From: Brevinematales bacterium
GTDB lineage: Bacteria; Spirochaetota; Brevinematia; Brevinematales; GWF1-51-8
Reading direction: 5' to 3'
Length of the DNA: 64,000 bases
Assembly: GCA_013177895.1 (NCBI GenBank)
Contig: JABLXV010000008.1
Span: forward strand, 18,205 to 82,204
Positions 43,418 through 53,016 of the stretch are shown here, one piece after another. The position numbers and the translations under genes were made by a program. Numbering within the stretch: position 1 is the first letter of the stretch; every line of letters starts with the position of its first letter. The notes beneath the pieces were generated by a model. That model was given only the letters and a program-made list of their open reading frames with translations, was not told the origin of the DNA and ran no database searches.

Positions 43418-44371
43418 CTATTCTACCAATCCCAGACGCATGAGTATCCGCAGCGTGTAGAGCGTCAGCGTGGGCGAGGGCTGTTTCTTATCGGCGAAAT
43501 CCCGTCCCTTGTACGCCATATACACGCTTTCCGGGGTAAACCGCATCTCCGTGTCGGCCTTCGATAGCACGATATCCGCCATCTCCCGGACACGTTTATC
43601 CTCACGGTACGCGGGATAGTTACCGAATGCCTCGAGCATATGCAGGATATTGTACCAGACGAACGGGAATTTCAGCTTCTGGAAATCGGTACCGATGCCG
43701 AAGAGAAAGTACTTCTTCTGGCCGCGCTCGACCCACAAGCGAAGGAGAGTTTCGGCCGCGAGCTTCGCGGCAGGGGATTCCATCGCGGAGGAGTCCTCGC
43801 CCATCGCCTTCAGCGCGATCAGGTTCGCGTAGGGGCATATCGATGTTTTCGAGCCCGGCCCCCGGAACTTCGGGATCGACCCCACGCAGCGGTATCCGTC
43901 GACATCGGTCAATTCTATTAGTTTCGCCATCGCCCTCGCGGTGACATTGTTCCGAACCCCCATCTTCAGGAGCGCGTACAGTACGGTCGGGAAGTTCGTC
44001 ATCACCCAGTCGTACGCCTGCTCGCCTGTGCCTCCGAACGCGGGCGGGATACGCATCAGTACGAGCGGGATACCGTCGGGAGAGACGTGCGCGAGCACTA
44101 TGTCGATAATCTCCGCCATACCGGGAAAGTCCTTGGTGACCCCGAGATCGGCGAGGAGCGCGAGACGGTGCAGGGGCAGGTCGGACTTATCGTGCCGTTC
44201 GATGGGGGATTCGTTCCATTTTTGCACGGCGGCGATATTTTCGGCGATAAAGTCGTCCTGTCCGAGCAGGGCGGGGTCGGGAGTTCCGCCGAACAGAAGC
44301 GCGGAGTTATAACGGACATACGGTATCGGCGAACTTGTAAGCCAGTCTTTCGTGGATTGCGGGATGAGCAT
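43418..44371 (-). CDS. hypothetical cytoplasmic protein (helical repeat, possibly alpha/alpha-toroid-like)
   Basis: It is a 317-aa ORF with host-like composition. I recognise no catalytic motif. Confidence 0.5.
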   Translation of the reverse strand: MLIPQSTKDWLTSSPIPYVRYNSALLFGGTPDPALLGQDDFIAENIAAVQKWNESPIERHDKSDLPLHRLALLADLGVTKDFPGMAEIIDIVLAHVSPDGIPLVLMRIPPAFGGTGEQAYDWVMTNFPTVLYALLKMGVRNNVTARAMAKLIELTDVDGYRCVGSIPKFRGPGSKTSICPYANLIALKAMGEDSSAMESPAAKLAAETLLRLWVERGQKKYFLFGIGTDFQKLKFPFVWYNILHMLEAFGNYPAYREDKRVREMADIVLSKADTEMRFTPESVYMAYKGRDFADKKQPSPTLTLYTLRILMRLGLVE

Positions 44372-44556
44372 GAGATACCCCCTTTATAAATCCATAGTAA
44401 AATGATAAAAGATTTATCCTTAAAGTCAAGGTGTTTTCGTTCAAAACGAAGTCCAATCGGTAATATTTAACGACAGGAGGGGGATTCCGGTACAGTTTTG
44501 GGCATAGAATTGACGATTTACCCATTGATTTTGAAAATTCATTCGACAATATTCCG

Positions 44557-44580
44557 TTTTTCCGAAAAGTATGTTATAAT
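44557..44580 (+). promoter_or_regulatory. candidate der promoter with extended -10 (TGtTATAAT)
   Basis: The string is tttttccgaaaagtatgttataat. It is nearly identical to 47-70. Confidence 0.45.
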
Positions 44581-44612
44581 CCATCCGGTGAGAATTTCGA
44601 CGAAGGAAAAAT

Positions 44613-45962
44613 GTGAAAGGCGCGTTACCAACTATCGCTATTATAGGGCGGCCGAATGTCGGCAAGTCCTCCCTGTTCAATCTGCTGATCAAGGAGCGGA
44701 AGTCCATTGTGGACGAGATGGAGGGAGTGACCCGCGATATCAATATCGGGGAATTCAAGACGCTGCGGGGACGCGCGTTCCGAATCTACGATACGGCCGG
44801 GTATCTCGAAAAGGGCGACCAATTTAATAAACTGGTGCAGGAGAAGGTCAAGCAGGCGATCGCCTATGCCGACCTCATCCTGTTTATGGTTGACGGGCGG
44901 GAGTACCACCCGATAGACGAGGAACTCGGGCGGTTTCTCCGCAAGCAGAAGAAGCCCGTGATCGTGATCGCGAACAAGCTCGACCATAAGAAGTTCGACG
45001 ACGATCTCTACGAGTTCTATAACCTCGGCTTCGAGGAGATAGTGCCGTTCTCGGTGATCCATAAACGCGGGGTGTCCGACCTCATGGACACGTTCGAGGA
45101 CATGTTCCCCGAGGGCGCGGACAGCGACGATGTTTCCGGCGAGATATGTGTCTCGATAGTCGGGCGGCCGAATGTCGGCAAGTCGATGCTCGTGAACACC
45201 CTCCTCGGCTACGAGCGCAGTATCGTGTCCGAAGTGCCCGGCACGACGCGGGATTCGCTCGACGATGTGCTGGACTGGAAGGGGAAGAAGATTCGCCTGA
45301 TCGATACCGCCGGATTGCGGCGGACGTCGCGGGTCGAGGACGATATCGAGTATTACAGCGCGGTACGTACCGCGCAGGCGATAGAGCGCAGCCATATAGT
45401 GATACAGCTTCTCGAGGCGAACGAGCCGATCTCGCATCAGGATAAGCATATCAGCGAGATGGTGATCGAGAAGGGACGCGGGCTCATATTCGCGTATAAT
45501 AAATGGGACCTGATGGGTCTCGAGGAAGACGGCGAGGAGAACTACCGCCGGATGCAGGATTTCAGGAAGACGACCCTGAAGGAATATCCGACGTTCGATT
45601 ATATCCCGGTCGAGTTTATCTCGGCGAGGGATAATTATAAGGTCGCCCGCCTGATGGAATTGGTATTCACCGTATACGAGGAATATAATAAAAGGGTGCC
45701 GACCCCGGAACTCAACGAATGGCTGAAAGTGACGATCCGTGAGACCGATCTCGATAAACCGAAGTCTAATCTCAAGATCTATTACGCGACCCAGCCGTTG
45801 ACGGCTCCCCCGAAGTTCATTGTTTTCGTGAACAAGCGCGAACATATGCGCAAGGATTTCCCCCGTTATATGGAAAAACGGATACGGGCGGAATTCGGAT
45901 TTTCCGGGGTGCCTGTTCGGCTGTATTTCAAACAAAGGGAACGTGAAAAGAAAAATACATGA
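44613..45962 (+). CDS. der: ribosome-associated GTPase Der/EngA
   Basis: There are two G domains (IAIIGRPNVGKSSLFN and VSIVGRPNVGKSMLVN, each with DTAG and NKxD) and a C-terminal KH-like domain. The start is GTG. Confidence 0.92.
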   Translation: MKGALPTIAIIGRPNVGKSSLFNLLIKERKSIVDEMEGVTRDINIGEFKTLRGRAFRIYDTAGYLEKGDQFNKLVQEKVKQAIAYADLILFMVDGREYHPIDEELGRFLRKQKKPVIVIANKLDHKKFDDDLYEFYNLGFEEIVPFSVIHKRGVSDLMDTFEDMFPEGADSDDVSGEICVSIVGRPNVGKSMLVNTLLGYERSIVSEVPGTTRDSLDDVLDWKGKKIRLIDTAGLRRTSRVEDDIEYYSAVRTAQAIERSHIVIQLLEANEPISHQDKHISEMVIEKGRGLIFAYNKWDLMGLEEDGEENYRRMQDFRKTTLKEYPTFDYIPVEFISARDNYKVARLMELVFTVYEEYNKRVPTPELNEWLKVTIRETDLDKPKSNLKIYYATQPLTAPPKFIVFVNKREHMRKDFPRYMEKRIRAEFGFSGVPVRLYFKQREREKKNT

Positions 45963-45972
45963 GGAGCGTCCT

Positions 45973-46152
45973 ATGGCAGCATCAAAGAACGAAATGCCCA
46001 AGAAACCTAACATGGAGAACTACCTCAAGGAAATTGAAGTAAAAGCGTACCAAATTTATCAGGAAAGAAAGAAGAATAATATTCCCGGCGATCAGTTTAC
46101 GGACTGGGTTCAGGCCGAGAACGAGATTAAGTCGAAGTACAATATCGGGTAA
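45973..46152 (+). CDS. DUF2934-like small protein
   Basis: The segment EVKAYQIYQERKKNNIPGDQFTDWVQAENEI matches the A-Y..Y..RG...G....DW..AE pattern. The start is uncertain (45943, 45973 or a later Met). Confidence 0.5.
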   Translation: MAASKNEMPKKPNMENYLKEIEVKAYQIYQERKKNNIPGDQFTDWVQAENEIKSKYNIG

Positions 46153-46367
46153 CCGGAACCGTTCATTTTCAGAACCCGGTTTATATCAGGGACTTTTGCC
46201 GCTTCTCAAATCATTTTCGGAAGCGACGAGTGGGCGATTTTTCAATTGACGCGAAAAATAGCGTATGCTGATTTTGTCGTGGATTTATCAACGCCCTTTT
46301 TACCCGATATGAAACCCGCATACAACGCGGAATATTTTATCACCCTACTAATAGAGAGGAGAAGGCG

Positions 46368-47369
46368 ATGTCTGAAAAAGTTGTGGCTGTAGTCGGCGCG
46401 ACCGGCGCGGTCGGGCGTGAGATGATCCGCACTCTGGAACGCAGGAATTTCCCAGTGAAGGGAATCCGTTTCTTCGCATCACAGCGTTCGGCGGGTAAGT
46501 ATCTCAAGTTTCAGGGAGAAGACGTCATTGTCGAGGAACTTACCGAGAAAGCGTTCGATAACCAGGGTATCGAAATCGCGCTGTTTTCAGCCGGCGGAGA
46601 TACCAGTAAGCAGTACGCCCCGATAGTCGCCAAAGCCGGAGCCGTCGTGATCGACAACTCGAGCGCGTGGCGTATGAATCCCGAGGTGCCGCTTGTGGTG
46701 CCCGAGGTCAACCCCGAGGACGTCAAGTACAATAAGGGTATTATCGCGAACCCCAACTGTTCCACTATCCAGATGGTCGTGGCGCTGAAGCCGCTGCACG
46801 ATTTCGGCAAAATCCGCCGTATCGTGGTATCGACCTATCAGTCGGTTTCCGGCGCGGGACAGAAGGGTATCGACGAGCTTTGGGAGCAGACTAAGAATCT
46901 GGTCAACGGCAAGCCGATTACGTCCAATAAATTTCCCAAGCAGATCGCGTTTAACGTGATCCCGCAGATAGACGTGTTCCTCGATAACTTCTTCACTAAA
47001 GAAGAGATGAAGATGGTCAACGAGACCCGCAAGATCATGCACGACGAACATATCCAGACCACCGCGACCTGCGTGCGCGTCCCCGTGCTTCGCGGGCATA
47101 GCGAATCGGTCTATATCGAGACCGAGAAGAAGATCACCCGCGAGAAGGCGATCGAGCTCCTGTCGAAGGCTCCCGGCATCGTGGTGATGGATGACCCGCA
47201 GAAGGGCGTATATCCCGTACCGACCGAGACCGCCGACCTGTTCGACACATTTGTCGGGCGTATCCGCGAGGATCTGAATATCGAGACCGGGCTGAACTTC
47301 TGGTGCGTCTCGGACAACCTGCTGAAGGGCGCGGCGTCCAACGCCGTCCAGATCGCGGAGATACTTTAG
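46368..47369 (+). CDS. asd: aspartate-semialdehyde dehydrogenase
   Basis: VAVVGATGAVGRE, the active-site context IANPNCSTIQ, and ..VRVPVLRGHSESV.. are present. Confidence 0.92.
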   Translation: MSEKVVAVVGATGAVGREMIRTLERRNFPVKGIRFFASQRSAGKYLKFQGEDVIVEELTEKAFDNQGIEIALFSAGGDTSKQYAPIVAKAGAVVIDNSSAWRMNPEVPLVVPEVNPEDVKYNKGIIANPNCSTIQMVVALKPLHDFGKIRRIVVSTYQSVSGAGQKGIDELWEQTKNLVNGKPITSNKFPKQIAFNVIPQIDVFLDNFFTKEEMKMVNETRKIMHDEHIQTTATCVRVPVLRGHSESVYIETEKKITREKAIELLSKAPGIVVMDDPQKGVYPVPTETADLFDTFVGRIREDLNIETGLNFWCVSDNLLKGAASNAVQIAEIL

Positions 47370-47385
47370 AATATTAAAACTATAT

Positions 47386-47415
47386 AAAAAGACCGTCCAA
47401 AAGGACGGTCTTTTT
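47386..47415 (+). terminator. rho-independent terminator of asd
   Basis: aaaaagaccgtcc-aaaa-ggacggtcttttt. Confidence 0.8.
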
Positions 47416-47432
47416 CATTAGAGGAGAATCAG

Positions 47433-47990
47433 ATGAGAGCGGTATGTATTATCGGGAGTCCAAGATTATCAGGAAATACAGCGTACATCACAGGAATGAC
47501 TATCGAAGGAATGAGAGAGGCGGGAATCGAAATTGAAACTATTAACCTCGGTTCGATGAATATTCATTATTGTCAAGGATGTGGAGTTTGTGAGAAAACG
47601 AGGCAGTGTGTACAACGGGATGATATGGACACTATTATTAAATCTATGATGGATGCAAATATAATCCTTATTGCTTCACCCTCATATTGGGGAGATATAA
47701 CCGGTCAGCTAAAAGTATTTTTTGACAGGAGTACCCCACTATGTAATGCAAAGGATGGTACGACTCCATTTCCGAAGGGAAAGATCGGTATTGCAATAGC
47801 ATTAAGAAAAGGGAACTCCCCGGGTGAAAATCTGCATATTATTGAATCAATCCAGCACTATTTTAGCCATTTGTATATCGTACCGAAAGCGAGATACACG
47901 ATTGAGGGGATTGGTAGTGTGGAAGATATTCTCAAGCAACAGGATAAAATTGACGAGGCATATCGCATAGGGTTAAATATTCTACGGTAA
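47433..47990 (+). CDS. flavodoxin-fold NAD(P)H-dependent FMN reductase / iron-sulfur flavoprotein (Isf-like)
   Basis: The N-terminus is MRAVCIIGSPRLSGNT. The compact Cys motif is CQGCGVCEKTRQC (CX2CX2CX5C). Confidence 0.7.
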   Translation: MRAVCIIGSPRLSGNTAYITGMTIEGMREAGIEIETINLGSMNIHYCQGCGVCEKTRQCVQRDDMDTIIKSMMDANIILIASPSYWGDITGQLKVFFDRSTPLCNAKDGTTPFPKGKIGIAIALRKGNSPGENLHIIESIQHYFSHLYIVPKARYTIEGIGSVEDILKQQDKIDEAYRIGLNILR

Positions 47991-48044
47991 CAATTATTGC
48001 ACCTAAAAAATCAAATAACCTACACCCTTCATAAAATTTTCCCC

Positions 48045-48072
48045 TTGACAAATAATAATCCTATGTTATATT
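48045..48072 (+). promoter_or_regulatory. sigma70 promoter of CAP-domain paralog 1
   Basis: TTGACA, 16 nt, TATATT. The whole ~60-nt upstream block is duplicated at 49552-49612. Confidence 0.6.
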
Positions 48073-48097
48073 TACACCATGATGTACCGGAGGGCTT

Positions 48098-49483
48098 ATG
48101 AATAAGGCGTTGTTTTTTATCCTGTTACTCATCCCTGTATTTCTCTTTCCGAAGGTCACCAAGGTCACCATCCGTAACGGGAGCGGGTACGGAATTGCGG
48201 AGCTTTATATTGTTCCGTCAAAGGGATTTAAAGGTAAATGGGGAAAAGACCTGATGAAGAACAAGTCAAAATGGGAATACTCGGACTTTGCGGGGCATGA
48301 GGTCACGGTAAAATATACTGCAAAAGACGGCGCTCTTTATCATGTAAAATTCAAGGATTTTTATAACGATTGGGGGGAGCTCGAATCGGTCGATCTCAGC
48401 AAGCACAATCCTCTGATTTTCAAAATGCACGCCGCCTACAATACAAACTATATCCCGAAAAACCCGGGGCTCGGCTACTTCGAGAAGAACCCGTGGGGGA
48501 TCAAGTACGACAACTCCAAAGATACCCTTAAACCATACCATTCAAAGCTGGAAATCTATAATTACTTCCTCAAACTTCCCCGAAGCGCGCTGGAAAATGA
48601 AATATTTGTGGAAAATGCGGTTTATTTTTATGTCGATGATTATAAGATGAATGCGGGGACGCTTCCGGCTAAATCGCTCAATCAGGGCTTGGTCTGGCTG
48701 AACTATCTTCGTTGGCTCGCAGGGGTGAACAGTGATATTCAGTATACCGACAAGCTGAACAATATTGCACAGCATGGAGCTTTTATTCTCGCGGCGAATA
48801 CCGGTGACGGGATAACTGTCCATCCCAAGAAGCCTTATGGGGTTACCGACGAGCAGTTCGAATTGGGTTATGAAGCATGCAGTCATGCGAATATCGCAGA
48901 GGGTTGCGGGCTGAGTAGTTTCCCGGCAGCCCTTCGACTGTGGATCGGGTATGTGAACGCCTGTACTTCGTCGACGGTGGGCGACCGCGAATGGATCATT
49001 TCGCCCTCGCTGGGGAATGTCGGTTTCGGTTTTAACGGTTCGTTCGCCCTACTGTACCTTGGGGATGTCCCAAATCCCAACCCGAAGTTCGAGCAAAAGG
49101 CTATCTGTTGGCCCGCGCCGGGGCATTTCCCTAATGAGTTCCTCGCGGGCTATAAATCCGGTGAACCGTGGACGGTTACGGTCAATCCTAAGTATTACAA
49201 GACTCCCGATATTAATAAGGTTACTGTGAAAATGACGCGCCTGATCGATAATACGGTGATCGTGCTGGACGTGTCCCACAACAAGGCAAGTGCTTGCGGG
49301 CCGTACCTGAACGTCAAACTCAACGTCGGCGGGATGCCGAACAGCATCATGTTCCGGCCGGACTACTCACTGGCAAACTACTCAGACGGGCAGGTATACC
49401 GGGTGGAGATTTCCGGGCTTGAAGACCTGAGCGGAAACCCGGCTGAGATGAGCTATACCGTGGAATTTTTCAATCTGCAATAG
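48098..49483 (+). CDS. secreted CAP/SCP (PR-1-like) domain protein, paralog 1
   Basis: A signal peptide is present. The central segment is GLVWLNYLRWLAGVNSDIQYTDKLNNIAQHGAFILAAN...H...ANIAEG...VGDREWIISPSLGNVGFG, a CAP-like pattern. It also has a small N-terminal beta domain and a C-terminal Ig-like domain. Confidence 0.65.
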   Translation: MNKALFFILLLIPVFLFPKVTKVTIRNGSGYGIAELYIVPSKGFKGKWGKDLMKNKSKWEYSDFAGHEVTVKYTAKDGALYHVKFKDFYNDWGELESVDLSKHNPLIFKMHAAYNTNYIPKNPGLGYFEKNPWGIKYDNSKDTLKPYHSKLEIYNYFLKLPRSALENEIFVENAVYFYVDDYKMNAGTLPAKSLNQGLVWLNYLRWLAGVNSDIQYTDKLNNIAQHGAFILAANTGDGITVHPKKPYGVTDEQFELGYEACSHANIAEGCGLSSFPAALRLWIGYVNACTSSTVGDREWIISPSLGNVGFGFNGSFALLYLGDVPNPNPKFEQKAICWPAPGHFPNEFLAGYKSGEPWTVTVNPKYYKTPDINKVTVKMTRLIDNTVIVLDVSHNKASACGPYLNVKLNVGGMPNSIMFRPDYSLANYSDGQVYRVEISGLEDLSGNPAEMSYTVEFFNLQ

Positions 49484-49556
49484 TCCGTTTTCATTCATCT
49501 ACCGCTCGAACAGGGATTTATTGCTGAATAATCACCCTGCGTCTAAAAATTCCCCC

Positions 49557-49584
49557 TTGACAAATAATAATCCTATGTTATATT
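49557..49584 (+). promoter_or_regulatory. sigma70 promoter of CAP-domain paralog 2
   Basis: TTGACA, 16 nt, TATATT; identical core to 48045-48072. Confidence 0.6.
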
Positions 49585-49609
49585 AACTCCATGATGTACC
49601 GGAGGGCTT

Positions 49610-50975
49610 ATGAAGCGCGTATTATTCCTGATCCTGCTGGCGATTCCCGCGGCGGTTTTCCCGAAAACCGTCCCGTTCTCGCTGGTAAATAACAGTAAAT
49701 GGGGCGTTGAGGAACTGTATATCGTTCCCGCCAAGGGATTCCAAGGGAAAATGGGGAAAGAACCTGATTACCCCGAATGTGATTTACGGGTGGGAGGGCG
49801 CGACGGTCAAGTACAGTATCAAGAGCGGCGCGCTTTATCATGTGAAGTTTAAGGATTTCTTCGGGCAATGGGGTTCGGTCGAATCGGTCGAACTGGGCAA
49901 GTACAACCCGCTGAAGGTCGCATGCCATGCCGCGTATAATACGAACTATATCCCGCAGAACCCGGGTCTCGGCTATTTCGAGAAAAACCCGTGGGGTATC
50001 AAGTATGATACGTCGAAGGATACCCTACAGCCCCTGCATACTAAGATCGATATTTACAACTATTACCAGAAACTCCCCAAGCGGGCTGAAACGACCACAT
50101 GGTTCGACGTGCAGCCGGAGGTCTATGTGAAAAACGGGTTTAACCTGAACCCCGGTAAAATCGCGAAAAAATCCTTTGAGGACGGATTGGTCTGGATCAA
50201 TTATTACCGTTGGCTCGTCGGTCTGAACAGCGATATCCAGTGCTCGGATAAGCAGAATAACCTCGCCCAGCATGGGGCGTTTATCCTGCAATATGCCAAC
50301 GATGTAACCTCTACCAAGCCGAAAAAAGCCCCCCAGATCACGGACGAGCAGTATGAGATGGGTTTACAGGGACTTGCGCATGCGAATGTCGCATACGGGT
50401 GTTCGCTCGAGGATTTTGTGACATCCCTGCGGTGGTGGATCGGGTACTACAACCAATGTTCGTCGGAAACGGTCGGCGACCGCGAATGGATTATCTCGCC
50501 GTACCTGGGCGAGGTCGGGTTCGGGATGGCGGGAAGCTATTCCGTACTGAGCTTCGGAGAATCCAATCCCGGCGCGAAATTCGAGCAGAAGGCGGTGTGT
50601 TTCCCCGCGCCGGGGCTATTCCCCCATGAATTCCTGATCGGGTATAAGGAGGGCGAACCGTGGACGGTCACGGTCAACCCGAAATACTACAAGACCCCCA
50701 ATATCAATCAGGTCACCGTGAAGCTGACGCGTCTCTACGATAATATGGTGATTGTGCTGGATAAGTCCCACAACAAGGCAAGTGCTTGCGGGCCGTACCT
50801 GAACGTCAAACTCAACTTCGGGGGGATGCCGAACAGCATCATGTTCCGGCCGGACTTCACGCAGGCGAACTATGCCGACGGTCAGGTATACCGTGTGGAG
50901 ATTTCCGGGCTGGAGGGTGCCGACGGGACTCCCGAGACGCTCAGTTATACGGTGGAGTTTTTTAACCTCGATTAA
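49610..50975 (+). pseudogene. CAP/SCP-domain protein paralog 2, reading frame interrupted by a 1-nt insertion (or assembly error)
   Basis: The ORF at 49610 (signal peptide ..AKGFQGK) and the ORF at 49707 (..KGKWGKNLITPNV..) both align to paralog 1 (SKGFKGKWGKDLMKNK). The frames join at the run gggAAAAtgggg (49748-49751), where paralog 1 has ggtAAAtgggg. Confidence 0.65.
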
Positions 50976-50997
50976 GCCGCGCCTCGTATGACTGGAA

Positions 50998-52893
50998 TCA
51001 GATTACATCCGGCAGCGACCGCTGACGCTTGGTCAGCAGGATAACCGACCGCAGTTCCTTTTCCGTCTTCGCGCTCATCCAGTTTTTCTGGAAATCCGGG
51101 TCCTGTAAAATCTGCGCGATTGCCATCAGCGCCCGGAGATGGAAGTTGCGTTCGTCCCGCGACCCGATAAGAAAGAACGCGGTATAGACCACATCTCCCT
51201 TTTCGTTCCAGTCGATCCCGTGTTTGTCGCGGACAAGGACGATATCGAAACGGTGCTCGCCTTCGATGATGATATGCGGGATCGCGTGCGGAACCGCCAC
51301 CCCCGGGTAAATCAGGGTCGAGGCTTCCTCCTCGCGGCGGTCGAGTTTCAGCTTAATCCACGCCGGGTCGGTGTTCCAACGCTTTGCGCCTACCTCCGCG
51401 ACCATCCTGAACAGTTCGTCGCGGGTGACCGTGCGGTTGATATCGAGTATACTTGCGTCGCGGATAATCTTATCGAAACGATCCTCGTGGATGTCCTTCA
51501 TATCCATCAGGATATCCAGTAGCTCGTCCTCGAGTTCCGTCCCCCCGGTCTTCAATTCGGGGTCGACGATATTTTCCACCATGTGTACGAACGCCGATTT
51601 ACGCTTGACCCGTTTTCGCGCGTAGACGAAGTACCATCCGACCGACAGCGCGAGGAATCCCGCCGCCGCCGCGAACAATTCCCACCCCATCTCGATAATC
51701 AGGAAAATGTACCCGATTATTCCTATTATCTGGAGCACCGGGAAAAGCGGCGCATGGAACGAGGGCTTATAGGTGGAAATTTTCGAGAAACGGATGACGA
51801 TAACTGAGAGATTGACAATGATGAACACGAGCAGCATGAAGAGCGAGGCCACCTTCGCGAGCTGTTCGATATTCAGCAGGAGGATGACGAGGAGCATGAC
51901 CGCGGAAGTGATGATAACCGAGATATAGGGGATTTTCTTCTTCTTCGATACTTTAGCGAAAAGTTCCGGGAGCAGGCTGTCGCGGCTCATCGCCATCGGG
52001 TTCCGGGACGCGGTCATAATACCCGCGTTGGCGGTAGTAATGAACGCGAGCACCGCGGCGAGCGCGGTGATGATGAGCTCGATGCGCGAGAGAATCGGGG
52101 TCTCGAAAAACTCCTGCCCCGCGACCGACAGCGGCGTAAGGGTCTGGGATAACTCCATAGCCGGAAGAACGCCGATTAGAACGAGGATGATCAGCAGATA
52201 CATGATTTCCACTATCCCGAATGCCAGCAGGGTGCTGAGGATAAGCGATTTCCGGGGATTTTTAACTTCTTCAGCGACACTAGCTATATTCGTTAATCCG
52301 CCGTAGGAAATAAAAACCATCCCTGTCACAAGGAATACGTCATTCCATTTGAACTCGAATACTTTTGATAAATGCGAGAAATCCATTACACGGTAGCCGA
52401 AAAGCACAAACTGTATCAGGATAAGCAGTAATATAGCGACAAGAAATACTTGTAATTTTCCGGAAGATTTAACGCTTACGAGATTGATGACAGTAAAAAA
52501 TAAACAAAATGAACCGGCGACGATTTTTATTTCCCATTCGGTGAGGTTTGGGAAAATCAGGGTCGCGAACGCGCCGATCCCCACGAGGGCGAACGCGCTT
52601 TTGAGGGTGATGGTAAACCAATTGGCGAACCCTGTAAATGTCCCGGCGGCAGAACCGAGGATACGTTCCGCGAAGAAGTAGCTGCCTCCCGCCTTTGGGA
52701 TGGCAGTCGCGAGTTCGAGTTGCGACAATAGAGCAGGGAGCATGAGCACCCCGGCGAAAAAATACGATATGAGAATGGCCGGCCCCGCGATCTTAAATAC
52801 GACGGCCGGCAGGACGAAGATACCCGTGCTGATCATCGCGCCGGATGCCAGGCTGAACACGTCGATACCGTTGAGTTGTTTTTTTAACGCCAT
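50998..52893 (-). CDS. APC-superfamily amino-acid permease fused to a C-terminal PTS EIIA(Ntr/Fru-type)-like domain
   Basis: About 12 TM helices start from MALKKQLNGIDVFSLASGAMIS. The C-terminal ~150 aa contain ..REEEASTLIYPGVAVPHAIP.. and ..VYTAFFLIGSRDERNFHLRALMAIAQIL... I prefer the start at 52893 (RBS aaagggagg). Confidence 0.75.
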   Translation of the reverse strand: MALKKQLNGIDVFSLASGAMISTGIFVLPAVVFKIAGPAILISYFFAGVLMLPALLSQLELATAIPKAGGSYFFAERILGSAAGTFTGFANWFTITLKSAFALVGIGAFATLIFPNLTEWEIKIVAGSFCLFFTVINLVSVKSSGKLQVFLVAILLLILIQFVLFGYRVMDFSHLSKVFEFKWNDVFLVTGMVFISYGGLTNIASVAEEVKNPRKSLILSTLLAFGIVEIMYLLIILVLIGVLPAMELSQTLTPLSVAGQEFFETPILSRIELIITALAAVLAFITTANAGIMTASRNPMAMSRDSLLPELFAKVSKKKKIPYISVIITSAVMLLVILLLNIEQLAKVASLFMLLVFIIVNLSVIVIRFSKISTYKPSFHAPLFPVLQIIGIIGYIFLIIEMGWELFAAAAGFLALSVGWYFVYARKRVKRKSAFVHMVENIVDPELKTGGTELEDELLDILMDMKDIHEDRFDKIIRDASILDINRTVTRDELFRMVAEVGAKRWNTDPAWIKLKLDRREEEASTLIYPGVAVPHAIPHIIIEGEHRFDIVLVRDKHGIDWNEKGDVVYTAFFLIGSRDERNFHLRALMAIAQILQDPDFQKNWMSAKTEKELRSVILLTKRQRSLPDVI

Positions 52894-53016
52894 GATGCCT
52901 CCCTTTAATAGAAGTAACGAGGACATGCTGAAAGTCCGCAGCCTGTCTCTCTTGTTCCATTATCTTACGGATTAGCGTGAATATGCGGGATACTTATGAT
53001 CCGCGCGCCGTTTTCT

